Origin: an uncultured Clostridia bacterium
GTDB taxonomy: Bacteria; Bacillota; Clostridia; Christensenellales; CAG-917
Length of the DNA stretch: 64,000 bases
Assembly (NCBI GenBank): GCA_944349635.1
Contig: CALVNH010000001.1
Location: 212,385-276,384 of the forward strand
Reading direction: 5' to 3'
This document shows positions 1 through 8,927 of this stretch, piece after piece (position 1 is the first letter of the stretch; each line of letters opens with the position of its first letter). Position numbers and translations under genes: made by a program. The notes beneath the pieces are model-generated. The model made no database searches. It had not been told where the DNA came from and was given only the letters and a program-made list of their open reading frames with translations.

Positions 1-286
1 CCGCCGCACAACCGCCGACCCCCACAACCAGGCGCGTATACTCTGCCGTTTCTCCCTCTTCCGACAGTTTTCCGCTTTTTACGCGGTACCCGTTCTTTGC
101 CAATTCCTCCGCGACTCGCGCGGCATGCAACGAAGCCTCTTCCTCGAAAACGATTTGAACGAAGCCCCCTTCCAGAATTTCCGCCACCGTAGCGGACAGG
201 GACGGTATAATCGCCCTCCCCGAAAACACTTGTGCGCCGCCCTTGACGGCAACGGCTTTCAGCGCCGTGTTCAGAACCAGTTCCAT
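1..286 (-). CDS. Window-edge partial CDS (N-terminal 95 aa, continues past coordinate 1); function unassigned
   Basis: Own minus-strand translation. ATG at 286 is preceded by GGAGGAAAGT. It reads MELVLNTALKAVAVKGGAQVFSGRAIIPSLSATVAEILEGG...LVVGVGGCAA with no stop up to the window edge. Absent from the ORF track because it is open-ended. Confidence 0.4.
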   Translation of the reverse strand, partial: MELVLNTALKAVAVKGGAQVFSGRAIIPSLSATVAEILEGGFVQIVFEEEASLHAARVAEELAKNGYRVKSGKLSEEGETAEYTRLVVGVGGCAA

Positions 287-322
287 ACTTTCCTCCGCAC
301 AACAGACTAACATCTCACGGCG

Positions 323-354
323 CAAAAAAAACGGCGGAGGTTTCCCGTCCGCCG
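323..354 (-). terminator. Rho-independent terminator after rsmI
   Basis: On the minus strand, stem CGGCGGA, a 9 nt loop and stem TCCGCCG are followed by T8. Confidence 0.65.
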
Positions 355-393
355 CTATATTTGTCGATACCGCTCCGCCGGTTGCCCCGCGAA

Positions 394-1194
394 TCAGAAA
401 ATCAAACGGTAAATATCGTTTTTGGGCACTCCCCTTTCGGACGCCACTTTCTTCACCGCTTCCTTTTTGTCCATTCCCGCGTCCAGATAACGGCGGAGAT
501 GTTCTTCGGGAGAAAGTTCGGAAAATCCGTTGACGTCCTCCTGTGCCGCCTCCACGACAAGTACTATTTCGCCGCGCTCCTCGCAGGAGAAAGCGTTCAG
601 TGTCGTGACTTCCACGCACTCGTGCAGTTTGGTGAGTTCGCGCACGACGAAAACTTTTCTGTCGCCCAGAATTTCATTGAGCGCCGCCGCCGTCCTTTTC
701 ACGTCGTGAGGCGCGCAATAAATCACCAAAGGCAACCTCGCCTTGTCCGCGTTTTCCACCCGTTCGCGGAAGGCGCTCTTCTTATCGGGCAGAAACCCCA
801 AAAACACGAATCCCGCGGCTTTCACGCCGCTGACGGCAACCGCCGTCGCCGCGGCAGTGGGTCCGGGCACGCTTTCGACGTCCACCCCTTCGCTTCGGCA
901 AAGTGCGACAACTTCCGCGCCGGGGTCGGAAACACAAGGCATTCCAGCGTCGGTTATCAACGCCACGTTCAGCCCGCTTTTTACCAAATCGACAAGTTTA
1001 GACGCACATTCCTGCTCGTTAAAGTTGTGATATGCAACAAGTCTGGCTTTTGCGCCGTAATGTGCAAGCAGAGGTTTGCTGTGGCGGGTATCCTCGCAGG
1101 CCACGACGTCCGCGCTCTGCAAAATCTCCACCGCTCGGTAAGTGATGTCTTTCAGATTTCCTATGGGTGTTCCCACGACGTACAGTTTCGCCAT
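394..1194 (-). CDS. rsmI: 16S rRNA (cytidine1402-2'-O)-methyltransferase RsmI
   Basis: Starts at the internal ATG (MAKLYVVGTPIGNLKDITYRAVEILQSADVVACEDTR...), a tetrapyrrole-methylase-like RsmI N-terminus. The 455 aa track ORF is an upstream extension that runs out of frame through the neighbouring gene. The junction is a TGATG stop/start overlap with the upstream gene. Confidence 0.85.
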   Translation of the reverse strand: MAKLYVVGTPIGNLKDITYRAVEILQSADVVACEDTRHSKPLLAHYGAKARLVAYHNFNEQECASKLVDLVKSGLNVALITDAGMPCVSDPGAEVVALCRSEGVDVESVPGPTAAATAVAVSGVKAAGFVFLGFLPDKKSAFRERVENADKARLPLVIYCAPHDVKRTAAALNEILGDRKVFVVRELTKLHECVEVTTLNAFSCEERGEIVLVVEAAQEDVNGFSELSPEEHLRRYLDAGMDKKEAVKKVASERGVPKNDIYRLIF

Positions 1195-1919
1195 CAGCTG
1201 TAAAGCTCCTTGTATGCTTCCGTTTTGTTCCCTTGCCCGTCCTCGACAACCAGCACTTCGGCTTTGAGTCCCGCGGCGGCTCCTTTTTTCGCCGTCATAA
1301 CGAATATGTCGGCGGCACGGTCGGGTTTCGGAAGCACGAACGTCACGGTTTTGGGTTCCAGCGAATATTTCCTGAACAATGCAACCGCATCGGCAAGCCG
1401 CGTGACTTTCATCACCAACGTGAAATCGCCTCCGAAGCGCAGCAGACCGGCTCCCGCACGCACGAAATCTTCCAAAGACGCCTGCCCTTCCCTGCGGGCG
1501 GCAAAATTTCTGCAGGTCGCATTGCCGTCGTCGAAGTCGTAATAAGGCGGATTGCACACAATCTTGTCGAAAGTACCGCTTTCGTTCTTGCGCGGAAGTT
1601 CCGTGACGGAAACCTCTTCGACGCGCATTCTGTCGCAAAGTCCGTTGAGCTTCGTATTCCGCACGGCAAGATTCACGGCGTACGGGTCGTTGTCGAAACC
1701 GACAACCTCTTTTACGCCCTTTTTGACAAGTGCCAGAATCCCCATTATTCCGCCGCCGCAACCCAAATCGGCAAGCCTGTCTTTCGGGCCCGCTTTCATC
1801 AGGTTAGCGCAAAGCACCGAGTCCTGCGAAAACGCATAGCCCTCGGTGCTCTGAATGACCTTTCTGTCGTCCATTCCCAACGAAACGCAATATTCCGACA
1901 CATGTCCTCCCGCAAACAC
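1194..1919 (-). CDS. SAM-dependent methyltransferase, tRNA1(Val) m6A37 (TrmN6/YfiC)-like
   Basis: Contains a GCGGG SAM-binding loop (LADLGCGGGIMG) and an NPPY catalytic motif (IVCNPPYYD). Confidence 0.7.
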   Translation of the reverse strand: MFAGGHVSEYCVSLGMDDRKVIQSTEGYAFSQDSVLCANLMKAGPKDRLADLGCGGGIMGILALVKKGVKEVVGFDNDPYAVNLAVRNTKLNGLCDRMRVEEVSVTELPRKNESGTFDKIVCNPPYYDFDDGNATCRNFAARREGQASLEDFVRAGAGLLRFGGDFTLVMKVTRLADAVALFRKYSLEPKTVTFVLPKPDRAADIFVMTAKKGAAAGLKAEVLVVEDGQGNKTEAYKELYS

Positions 1920-1925
1920 CGTCCG

Positions 1926-2372
1926 TCAGGCGCGCACGACGTGGATTTTCAGTTGCGCCGAAACTTCGGGATACAGTCTCAACAGCACTTCGAAATCACC
2001 GAAATCCCGAATGCTCTCCTTGATTTCGATTTTTTTCTTGTCCACGGCGATGCCCTGTTCGGCAAGAGCCGTCGAAATGTTTTCCGCCGTGACGGAACCG
2101 AACATTTTACCGTTGTTCTCTCCGGCTTTGGCGCTCACGGTGAGCACCATTCCTTTTACCTTCTTTGCGAGTTCTTCGGCTTCCGCTCTCTCTGCCGCGA
2201 TTTTGGCTTCGTGCGCCTTTCTGCGCTGTTCCGCGACGTAAAGATTCTGCGCGGTGCCCTCGATTGCAAGACCCTTCTTCAACAAAAAATTGCGCGCGTA
2301 TCCGTCGTTGACTTCGTGTATTTCGCCTTTTTTGCCGGTGCCTTTTACGTCCTGTACAAGTATGACTTTCAT
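1926..2372 (-). CDS. rplI: 50S ribosomal protein L9
   Basis: [36 protein letters not shown]... The start is at an internal ATG with GGAGAAAACC upstream. Confidence 0.9.
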   Translation of the reverse strand: MKVILVQDVKGTGKKGEIHEVNDGYARNFLLKKGLAIEGTAQNLYVAEQRRKAHEAKIAAERAEAEELAKKVKGMVLTVSAKAGENNGKMFGSVTAENISTALAEQGIAVDKKKIEIKESIRDFGDFEVLLRLYPEVSAQLKIHVVRA

Positions 2373-2485
2373 GGTTTTCTCCTTTTTTGTGATTATAGCA
2401 TACGGGCATTTCAAAAACAACATCAAAAATCATTTTGCGCGGTCTAAAACCTCGGCTTTTGGCAAAACTATATTCGGAGGTAAAT

Positions 2486-2797
2486 ATGAAAGAAATTATA
2501 TGCGAAACGTCCAACTGCGAACACAACGTCAAATGCCGCTGCATGGCGGGAATAATCTCAGTCAACGAATCGGCCAAATGTCTGAGCCGCATCAAGAGAG
2601 AGGGCGGAGCGCTTGCTCAGTCCTTTGCTGACGTCGAAGCGGGCGAAGACTTTTTCGGCAGCCGCAACGACAGCATCGTTCAATGCTCTGCGGATTGCGC
2701 TTTCAACAGCAACGGTGTGTGTTCTTCCGACAAAATAACCGTGAAAGACGCCGTCTTCGGCACCAAGTGCAAATCCAAAGTCCCCACCAAGGAGTAA
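2486..2797 (+). CDS. DUF1540-like cysteine-rich small protein (two C-x3-C...C repeats)
   Basis: GGAGG lies 6 nt upstream of the ATG at 2486. Two Cys-rich repeats are present: IICETSNCEHNVKCRCMAGIISV and IVQCSADCAFNSNGVCSSDKITV. Confidence 0.6.
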   Translation: MKEIICETSNCEHNVKCRCMAGIISVNESAKCLSRIKREGGALAQSFADVEAGEDFFGSRNDSIVQCSADCAFNSNGVCSSDKITVKDAVFGTKCKSKVPTKE

Positions 2798-2888
2798 CCC
2801 CGCACCCGCACAAGAATCTCCGTTCGGACTCGCTTGCGTACTTGCGCGTTCGTTTATGCGCCTACGGTCTCCGCGCGGAAGCAAACCG

Positions 2889-2917
2889 TTGACAAACCTG
2901 TCCGCGGGGAGTAATCT
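2889..2917 (+). promoter_or_regulatory. SigA-type promoter, candidate leaderless transcript for the glycosylase gene
   Basis: TTGACA, a 17 nt spacer, then TAATCT. The -10 ends 6 nt before the ATG at 2924, and there is no SD in between. Confidence 0.4.
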
Positions 2918-2923
2918 GTCCGT

Positions 2924-3391
2924 ATGAGAGTCACGGGATTTCCACCTTACGCCGCCGAAAACGCCGACATTCTGATTTTGGGCAGCTTCCCAAGCGTCAA
3001 ATCCAGGGAACAACGCTTCTATTACGGACATCCTTCCAACCGTTTCTGGAAAGTGCTTGCGGAATTTTTCGGCGAGCCTCTTCCGCGCACGACGGAAGAG
3101 AAAAAGTCTCTGCTCCGAAAGCACCGCATCGCGCTCTGGGACATAGTTACGGAATGCGAAATCGTGGGCTCTGCCGACAGCACAATCCGCAACAGCGAAG
3201 TCGCCGACGTTCCCGATTTTATAGCGCGTCATCCCGTGAAAAAAATACTGCTCAACGGCAAAACGGCCTTTGAAATCTTCAAAACCGCCTTCCCCGAACT
3301 TCTACCTTGCGCCGTACTGCTCCCGTCCACCAGTCCCGCCAATCCGCGCTTTGACAAAACAATCTGGTTCGACGCTCTGCGCCGCTACTGA
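2924..3391 (+). CDS. Uracil-DNA glycosylase superfamily protein, DNA-deoxyinosine glycosylase-like (family 6)
   Basis: ILILGSFPSVKSREQRFYYGHPSNRFW and PSTSPAN motifs, recalled as typical of this UDG family. Confidence 0.65.
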   Translation: MRVTGFPPYAAENADILILGSFPSVKSREQRFYYGHPSNRFWKVLAEFFGEPLPRTTEEKKSLLRKHRIALWDIVTECEIVGSADSTIRNSEVADVPDFIARHPVKKILLNGKTAFEIFKTAFPELLPCAVLLPSTSPANPRFDKTIWFDALRRY

Positions 3392-3409
3392 AAATCCGGC
3401 TCCGTGCCC

Positions 3410-4135
3410 CTAATCCGTTCCCGCTTCTTCCGTGCCGTCTCTTACGACGGCATTTTCATCATCTTCACGCTTCCGCGCACGGGCCGAAGCGTCACACGCG
3501 CTTTCGCCGCAGGTTCCGTCGACCGTCGTTACGCTGTCTTCCTCCCCGCTACACTCCGTCGCAAGCGCGCCCACCGAACGCCCTTCCGATTCCCTCGCGT
3601 ATTCGCTATCATAATGGAATCTGCCCTTGCCGAACGTACTCTTCAACAGACCGAACAGCGTGAGCAAGGCCACCACTCCGCCCGCGGCTATTCCGAGATA
3701 CCGCATCTGCGCCATAAATGCCAGCACTTTACCCGCAGTGACGTTACCGTAGGTCACTTTGCCCGCCACGTTCCCGAACGGAACTGCGGCAACGCCTCCG
3801 TCTCCGAACCTCACAATCACCGTTCCACGCTCCGTATCCGTTCTGACAACCTCGGCGGCACTCATTCCTCTCCGCACCCTGAAAACGGCAATTTCCCCTC
3901 CGTCGAGTTCCGCAGCGGCGCAAACCGCAAACGTCAGAAGGGTGCCCGACGGATACTCCGCCGACGGAGTGCTTCCGCAGATGAAATACCCTTCATGTTT
4001 CGACACAGAGGGAAAGCCGTTCCCGAAAGAGAACGCAACAAAACACACGCACGCTATAATGCATGCCGTCATGACCGCAACGACAATCACGGAAAACACT
4101 TTCACGGTTGCACCCGTGTTACCTTCAATCCGCAC
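3410..4135 (-). CDS. SipW-shaped membrane protein (type I signal peptidase-like fold suspected, catalytic His not evident)
   Basis: N-terminal and C-terminal TM helices flank about 110 aa. The segments CGSTPSAEYPSGTLL, GEIAVF and RFGDGG line up by eye with SipW's SGSMEP....GSL, GDVITF and KGDNN. It starts 8 nt after the TasA-like gene. Confidence 0.45.
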   Translation of the reverse strand: MRIEGNTGATVKVFSVIVVAVMTACIIACVCFVAFSFGNGFPSVSKHEGYFICGSTPSAEYPSGTLLTFAVCAAAELDGGEIAVFRVRRGMSAAEVVRTDTERGTVIVRFGDGGVAAVPFGNVAGKVTYGNVTAGKVLAFMAQMRYLGIAAGGVVALLTLFGLLKSTFGKGRFHYDSEYARESEGRSVGALATECSGEEDSVTTVDGTCGESACDASARARKREDDENAVVRDGTEEAGTD

Positions 4136-4142
4136 AATCGAC

Positions 4143-5198
4143 TCATACCGTTACCACGGCGGTGACCGTAACGGAAATCCGCGCCGCCGTTTTTACGGTA
4201 TCCGGGAAAACTGCGAACAATTTGCGGGCGACGGCGGCGCCGTCGTCACGTGACATATAATAGCTTCCGTCTCCCTGCGGGCTGACGATATACTTCCCTT
4301 CGGTCACCACTGCCTCCGTTCCGGAAGACGCAAGTTCCGAGGCGAATTCGTCCGCGTATGTCTCCGCAACAAACACATAAAGCGAAGATGACGCGTTCAA
4401 ATCGCCTGATAAACAAGGCGTAGTGAAAAACTCTCCCTCGCATACGGGAATAATGTTTCCGTCGTAACCGACAAGACCTTCCGAAACGCTCCACTTGCCG
4501 GAAGCGGAAGAAATCAGTTCGACCGCATAGTTGCCTCCGACCGCGCGAACGGCGTAAGCAACGACATACTTGTCGAGAATTCCCGCAAGTGAGGAAGAAA
4601 ATCCGCTTTCTTCCTCGCTCAGCGAAGCACAGAAGGATTTATAGTTATCCACGGCTTCCCCTGCGACAACGACGCCGTCCCCGTCAGTAATTGCGGACGG
4701 CCAAACCCAGCACAGAGTGCCTCCAACAAACAAATAAGACGCAATGGAGGAAGCGTCCGACGACACGTCGGCAAAATTTATTCTTCCGTCCGGCGTTTCA
4801 GTCCCGAACGCGCCAAGCGCGGCGTAGTCGTAAGCGGAATACAAGGAACCGCTTTCGGGCGACCCGTTTTCGTCGAGAACGTAAAATATCAGCGGAATGA
4901 CATCTTCGTTGCTCTCAGCAAAAGTCCACACGACGGTGTCCGTCCCGAAATTCGGTCCGCGAAGCACGCTTCTTCCGCTGTCACCCGGCGCGAGCAAAGC
5001 GTCTTTTGCAAAAATGTCCAATTTGTACGAAGTGTCGGAATACCCGAAACCGTCCGTTTCCGCATAATCGGAATTCCAGGTGTACGTTGCACTGAAAGCG
5101 GCAAGCGTACCCGCAACGGAAAACACCGCAACAACTGCAAGTGCGGTGGCAATGACGGCAATCCTAGTCAAATTGCCGGAAAATCTGCTCTTCCTCAT
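4143..5198 (-). CDS. Exported protein with SipW-dependent-type signal peptide, TasA/camelysin-like N-terminal region
   Basis: N-terminus is MRKSRFSGNLTRIAVIATALAVVAVFSVAGTLAAFSATYTW (the GT-A-F motif of SipW-cognate signal peptides), followed by LAPGDSG. Confidence 0.55.
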   Translation of the reverse strand: MRKSRFSGNLTRIAVIATALAVVAVFSVAGTLAAFSATYTWNSDYAETDGFGYSDTSYKLDIFAKDALLAPGDSGRSVLRGPNFGTDTVVWTFAESNEDVIPLIFYVLDENGSPESGSLYSAYDYAALGAFGTETPDGRINFADVSSDASSIASYLFVGGTLCWVWPSAITDGDGVVVAGEAVDNYKSFCASLSEEESGFSSSLAGILDKYVVAYAVRAVGGNYAVELISSASGKWSVSEGLVGYDGNIIPVCEGEFFTTPCLSGDLNASSSLYVFVAETYADEFASELASSGTEAVVTEGKYIVSPQGDGSYYMSRDDGAAVARKLFAVFPDTVKTAARISVTVTAVVTV

Positions 5199-5258
5199 AA
5201 TCCCTTTATCTTTTGTTATCGCCGAGTCCCCTTCCCGACGTCACGCAAAATAAGCGTG

Positions 5259-5340
5259 AAAAAGTCAAAAGGACGAATACGCGCACGGGCGCATACTCGT
5301 CCTTATCGATATGAAATGTGCCTGTCGAAAGACAGGCACA
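5259..5340 (-). terminator. Double hairpin terminator region after rplL
   Basis: Hairpin 1 at 5315-5340 is ATGTGCCTGTC/GACAGGCACAT. Hairpin 2 at 5269-5303 has outer stem AAGGACGA/TCGTCCTT and is followed on the minus strand by TTGACTTTTT. Confidence 0.55.
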
Positions 5341-5346
5341 TCGACA

Positions 5347-5721
5347 TTATTTGATTTCTGCGGTTGCACCGACTTCTTTGAACTTGGCAACGAGAGCTTC
5401 CGCGGCGTCCTTCGGAATGCCTTCCTTGACTGCCTTGGGGGCACCGTCGACAACGCCTTTCGCTTCGACCAGACCGAGTCCGGTTGCGTCTTTGACGACC
5501 TTGATGACCTGAACCTTGTTGGGGCCGACTTCTTTGAGGATGACGTCGAATTCCGTCTTCTCTTCTTCTGCGGGAGCAGCTTCTGCGGCACCGCCTGCGA
5601 CGACGGCAACGGGAGCGGCCGCGCTGACGCCGAACTCTTCCTCGAGAGCTTTCACGAACTTAGAGAGCTCGAGGACTGTCATGCTCTTGATTTCTTCCAT
5701 AAGTTTTTGAATATCTGCCAT
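5347..5721 (-). CDS. rplL: 50S ribosomal protein L7/L12
   Basis: [32 protein letters not shown]..., an Ala-rich hinge, and [16 protein letters not shown]. Confidence 0.95.
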   Translation of the reverse strand: MADIQKLMEEIKSMTVLELSKFVKALEEEFGVSAAAPVAVVAGGAAEAAPAEEEKTEFDVILKEVGPNKVQVIKVVKDATGLGLVEAKGVVDGAPKAVKEGIPKDAAEALVAKFKEVGATAEIK

Positions 5722-5777
5722 TTTTGTATTCTCCGTTTAATTTATTTTTTGAATGTTGAATTGTCTTCGGGTGATGA

Positions 5778-6281
5778 TTAACCCTGTTGCTCCATTTTTT
5801 CCGCGATTTTGTTCAGGCACACCGCAAGACCCGTGATGGGCGACTGCATGCTGCCGAGCATTTTTGCGAGAAGAATTTCCCTGGAAGGAATGGTTGCGAT
5901 TTGCTTCACGCCGTTCTCATCGAGGAAATCGCCTTCGACCATACCGCATTTGGCCTTCATCTTGTTGAACTTCTTGATGTTCTCGAAAATGACCTTTGCG
6001 GGGGCCACGGCGTCCTTATCGGAGAAAGCGACTGCGGTGGGGCCGTTCAGAGCCTCGTCGAACTGGGTGTATCCGAGTTCGTTGAAAGCGCGCTGGACAA
6101 GGCGGTTTTTCAGGACCTGATAATCCACGCCTGCATTGCGCATGTCCTTTCTGAAAGCAGTGTCTTCGGCAACGTTGAGACCCATGTAGTCAATGATGAC
6201 GATGGATTTCGCCGCAGAAATTTTCTCTTTGATTTCTTCGACTTGCTGTTGCTTTACCGCAAGAACTTCTTTGGATGCCAT
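5778..6281 (-). CDS. rplJ: 50S ribosomal protein L10
   Basis: The start is at an internal ATG (MASKEVLAVKQQQVEEIKEK...) with GGAGGTAACA upstream. Confidence 0.95.
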   Translation of the reverse strand: MASKEVLAVKQQQVEEIKEKISAAKSIVIIDYMGLNVAEDTAFRKDMRNAGVDYQVLKNRLVQRAFNELGYTQFDEALNGPTAVAFSDKDAVAPAKVIFENIKKFNKMKAKCGMVEGDFLDENGVKQIATIPSREILLAKMLGSMQSPITGLAVCLNKIAEKMEQQG

Positions 6282-6413
6282 TGTTACCTCCTTATAAAAT
6301 AAAATTCGCCACCCTGAAACACGGAATGACGAATACCGGAGCGGTATTGAATTCAATCCTCGGCAAGCACTGCGTTTACGGCCGAAGCCACTTGCTGTCT
6401 CAGGAACGCGCTT
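6282..6413 (-). promoter_or_regulatory. rplJ 5' leader (possible L10-leader autoregulatory RNA)
   Basis: About 130 nt of structured UTR lie between a near-consensus promoter and the rplJ RBS. Firmicute L10 leaders occupy this position. No covariance model was run. Confidence 0.4.
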
Positions 6414-6442
6414 ATTGTAGCAAAGCGCGGGCTCGATGTCAA
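6414..6442 (-). promoter_or_regulatory. SigA-type promoter for rplJ-rplL
   Basis: Minus strand reads TTGACA, a 17 nt spacer, then TACAAT. Confidence 0.65.
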
Positions 6443-6476
6443 CCGATTTCGCCCATGAGAGAGAAATCGTTCGGAA

Positions 6477-6503
6477 TCCGCGCGCGGATATGCCGCGCGC
6501 GGA
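6477..6503. other. GC-rich 11 bp perfect hairpin between rplA and the rplJ promoter
   Basis: TCCGCGCGCGG, a 5 nt loop, then CCGCGCGCGGA. There is no clear U-tract. Confidence 0.5.
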
Positions 6504-6510
6504 AACTCCG

Positions 6511-7200
6511 TCAGTTCATTTTGTACAGAATCTTGATGCTGGGACCCATGGTGGAGGCAATGTAGACGGAACGGAAGTACTGTCCTTTTGCCGCCGCGGG
6601 TTTTGCTTTCACGAGAGCTTCCATGACGGTATTGAAGTTTTCCATGAGTTTTTCCTGACCGAAAGACTTCTTGCCGATGGGAACGTGCACGATGGCGGTC
6701 TTGTCGACTCTGTATTCGACTTTACCGGCTTTGATATCGTGCAAAGCACGGGTGACGTCCATGGTGACGGTGCCGGATTTGGGGTTAGGCATCAAGCCTT
6801 TGGGACCCAGAATTTTACCCAGACGACCGACCAGGCCCATCATATCGGGAGTGGTGACGACTGCGTCGAATCCGAACCAGTTTTCGGAGGTGATTTTCTG
6901 AATCATGTCCTCTGCGCCGACGAAATCGGCACCGGCCTTTTCAGCCTCGATTGCCTTGTCGCCCTTGGCGATGACAAGAACGCGCACCGTTTTGCCCGTG
7001 CCGTTGGGAAGCACGACGACGCCTCTGACCTGCTGGTCCGCGTGACGGGGGTCGACGCCCAGCTTGACGTGAAGCTCTATTGTTTCGTCAAACTTCGACT
7101 TTGCGGTCTGAATGGCGAGAGCCATTGCTTCTTCGCTGTCGTAAAGTTTGTTGTTTTCGATGAGTTTTTTGGAATCGATATAATTCTTACCGCGTTTCAT
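6511..7200 (-). CDS. rplA: 50S ribosomal protein L1
   Basis: [13 protein letters not shown]...[24 protein letters not shown]. Confidence 0.95.
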   Translation of the reverse strand: MKRGKNYIDSKKLIENNKLYDSEEAMALAIQTAKSKFDETIELHVKLGVDPRHADQQVRGVVVLPNGTGKTVRVLVIAKGDKAIEAEKAGADFVGAEDMIQKITSENWFGFDAVVTTPDMMGLVGRLGKILGPKGLMPNPKSGTVTMDVTRALHDIKAGKVEYRVDKTAIVHVPIGKKSFGQEKLMENFNTVMEALVKAKPAAAKGQYFRSVYIASTMGPSIKILYKMN

Positions 7201-7210
7201 ACAGACCTCC

Positions 7211-7636
7211 TTATTCCTCGACGAGGATGCCCATGCTGCGGGCGGTTCCTGCTATCATGCTCATCGCGGCTTCCAGAGAACCTGCGTTGAGGTCGACCAT
7301 TTTGAGTTCGGCGATTTCCTTGACCTGCGCCTTGGTGATTGTCGCAACCTTGTCGCGGTTGGGACGCGCGGACGCACTCTCGATGCCGCAAGCCTTCTTG
7401 ATGAGGACGGGCGCGGGAGGAGTCTTCAGAATGAACGTGAAGGAACGGTCCTGATAGATGGTGATGACGACGGGAATGATGAGACCTGCCTGTTTGGAAG
7501 TCTTTTCGTTGAATTCCTTCGTGAATGCGGGGATATTGATACCGTGAGGACCGAGGGAAGAACCTACGGGAGGACCGGGGGTTGCTTTGCCTGCGGGCAG
7601 TTGCAGTTTGACCACTGCGGTGATTTTCTTAGCCAT
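7211..7636 (-). CDS. rplK: 50S ribosomal protein L11
   Basis: [35 protein letters not shown]. Confidence 0.95.
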   Translation of the reverse strand: MAKKITAVVKLQLPAGKATPGPPVGSSLGPHGINIPAFTKEFNEKTSKQAGLIIPVVITIYQDRSFTFILKTPPAPVLIKKACGIESASARPNRDKVATITKAQVKEIAELKMVDLNAGSLEAAMSMIAGTARSMGILVEE

Positions 7637-7719
7637 AATACCTCCTGACTAATGTGGTTTTGCGGAGACAGAAAGGATTTATCTCCTCCCACTTGCGCTT
7701 ACGCGCGGACAATGTCCAC

Positions 7720-8247
7720 TCACAGTTTTTCGACCTGCGAGAAGTCGAGTTCGACCGGTGTATCGCGACCGAACATTGAGATGACAACCTTGACTTTCTG
7801 ACGCTCGGCACTGATGGACTCAATGACGCCGTCGAAGTTTTCAAGCGCGCCGCTGATGACTTTAACGCTGTCACCGACTTTGATGTCAAGGTCTTCGAAA
7901 TCGATGGCTTCCAACCCCATGCGCTTGACTTCGTCGTCGCGCAACGGCAACGGACGTCCGGCAGGTCCGACAAAACCCGTAACTCCGCGGGTGTTCGTCA
8001 CCATGAACCAGATGTGGTTGGTGTAAATCATCTTGATGAAAACATAGCTGGGGAACTTCTTGCGCTGAACGACCTTGCGCTTGCCGTTTTTCTCCACGAC
8101 GTCGTCCTCGACGGGGACCTTGACCTCGAAGATATAGTCCTGCAAGCTGTTGTTCTCCACCATATTATGCAGGTTGCTCTCCACCGTCGCCTCGTAACCC
8201 GAGTAGGTGTGAATTACATACCATTGCGCTTGTTCCTTGTTTTCCAT
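7720..8247 (-). CDS. nusG: Transcription termination/antitermination factor NusG
   Basis: The start is at an internal ATG (MENKEQAQWYVIHTYSGYE...) with GGAGCAAT upstream. A KOW region is present at the C-terminus. Confidence 0.9.
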   Translation of the reverse strand: MENKEQAQWYVIHTYSGYEATVESNLHNMVENNSLQDYIFEVKVPVEDDVVEKNGKRKVVQRKKFPSYVFIKMIYTNHIWFMVTNTRGVTGFVGPAGRPLPLRDDEVKRMGLEAIDFEDLDIKVGDSVKVISGALENFDGVIESISAERQKVKVVISMFGRDTPVELDFSQVEKL

Positions 8248-8255
8248 ATTGCTCC

Positions 8256-8702
8256 TTAAGAAATGAAGATGAACGCCCACTGACCCTTGACGACAAGGTT
8301 GAAGAGTCCGGTCAGAACATAGTCGATGCCGAAAAGCACGATGAAGAACGCGATGACGACCACAAGCACGACTGCCGTGGACTTCGCAACGTCCTTACCC
8401 TTCGGCCAGGTGACCTTTTTGAGTTCGGAGACAATGCCCTTGATGCCCTTTCCCATTCTCTTGAAGATGTTGGGTTTGTCGGGGTTTTTCTGTGCGGTTT
8501 TGGCTTTTTTTGCCTTCTTGTCGGATGCGGGATTTGCAGCCGAAGAATCGTCGACAGACGATACGACGGGCTTTTCCAACTCGCCGTTCAGCTTGCTTTT
8601 GGCCTTGAAAGGTTTCGAAGACTTGTCCTTAGCGGGCTCGTCGACGACGGGCGTCTGCAATTCGGAGTCGACTTCGGTCTTATCGAACGATTTTTTAGCC
8701 AT
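8256..8702 (-). CDS. secE: Preprotein translocase SecE with a long low-complexity N-terminal extension
   Basis: The C-terminal core is SELKKVTWPKGKDVAKSTAVVLVVVIAFFIVLFGIDYVL. GGGAGG lies upstream of the ATG at 8702. Confidence 0.8.
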   Translation of the reverse strand: MAKKSFDKTEVDSELQTPVVDEPAKDKSSKPFKAKSKLNGELEKPVVSSVDDSSAANPASDKKAKKAKTAQKNPDKPNIFKRMGKGIKGIVSELKKVTWPKGKDVAKSTAVVLVVVIAFFIVLFGIDYVLTGLFNLVVKGQWAFIFIS

Positions 8703-8720
8703 ATAGCCTCCCTCTATGCC

Positions 8721-8885
8721 TTACTTGGTTTCTCTGTGCAAGGTGTGCTTTTTGCAGAATCTGCAATACTTCTGAAGCTCCATTCTGTCGGGGTGCTTCT
8801 GCTTGTTCTTTTTGAGATTGTAATTGCGCTGTTTGCACTCCGTGCAAGCGAGCGTAATTCTGACTCTTGCTCCTTTTTGAGCCAT
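8721..8885 (-). CDS. rpmG: 50S ribosomal protein L33
   Basis: Hand translation (54 aa, below the ORF-track cutoff): [61 protein letters not shown] lies upstream. Confidence 0.9.
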   Translation of the reverse strand: MAQKGARVRITLACTECKQRNYNLKKNKQKHPDRMELQKYCRFCKKHTLHRETK

Positions 8886-8927
8886 ACTGATAGCCTCCTT
8901 TCCAAGTGTTCAGGCTCACCGGCATAC

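Noticed and set aside
394-1761. The 455 aa track ORF that extends rsmI upstream.
   Set aside because: The N-terminal 189 aa are R-rich nonsense overlapping the NPPY methyltransferase gene in another frame. The RsmI homology begins at the internal ATG at 1194, which forms a TGATG stop/start junction.
3404-4165. A 253 aa plus-strand ORF antisense to the SipW-like gene.
   Set aside because: It is R/P/H-rich, has no RBS, and is in register with the minus-strand gene. This is the same codon-bias artefact.
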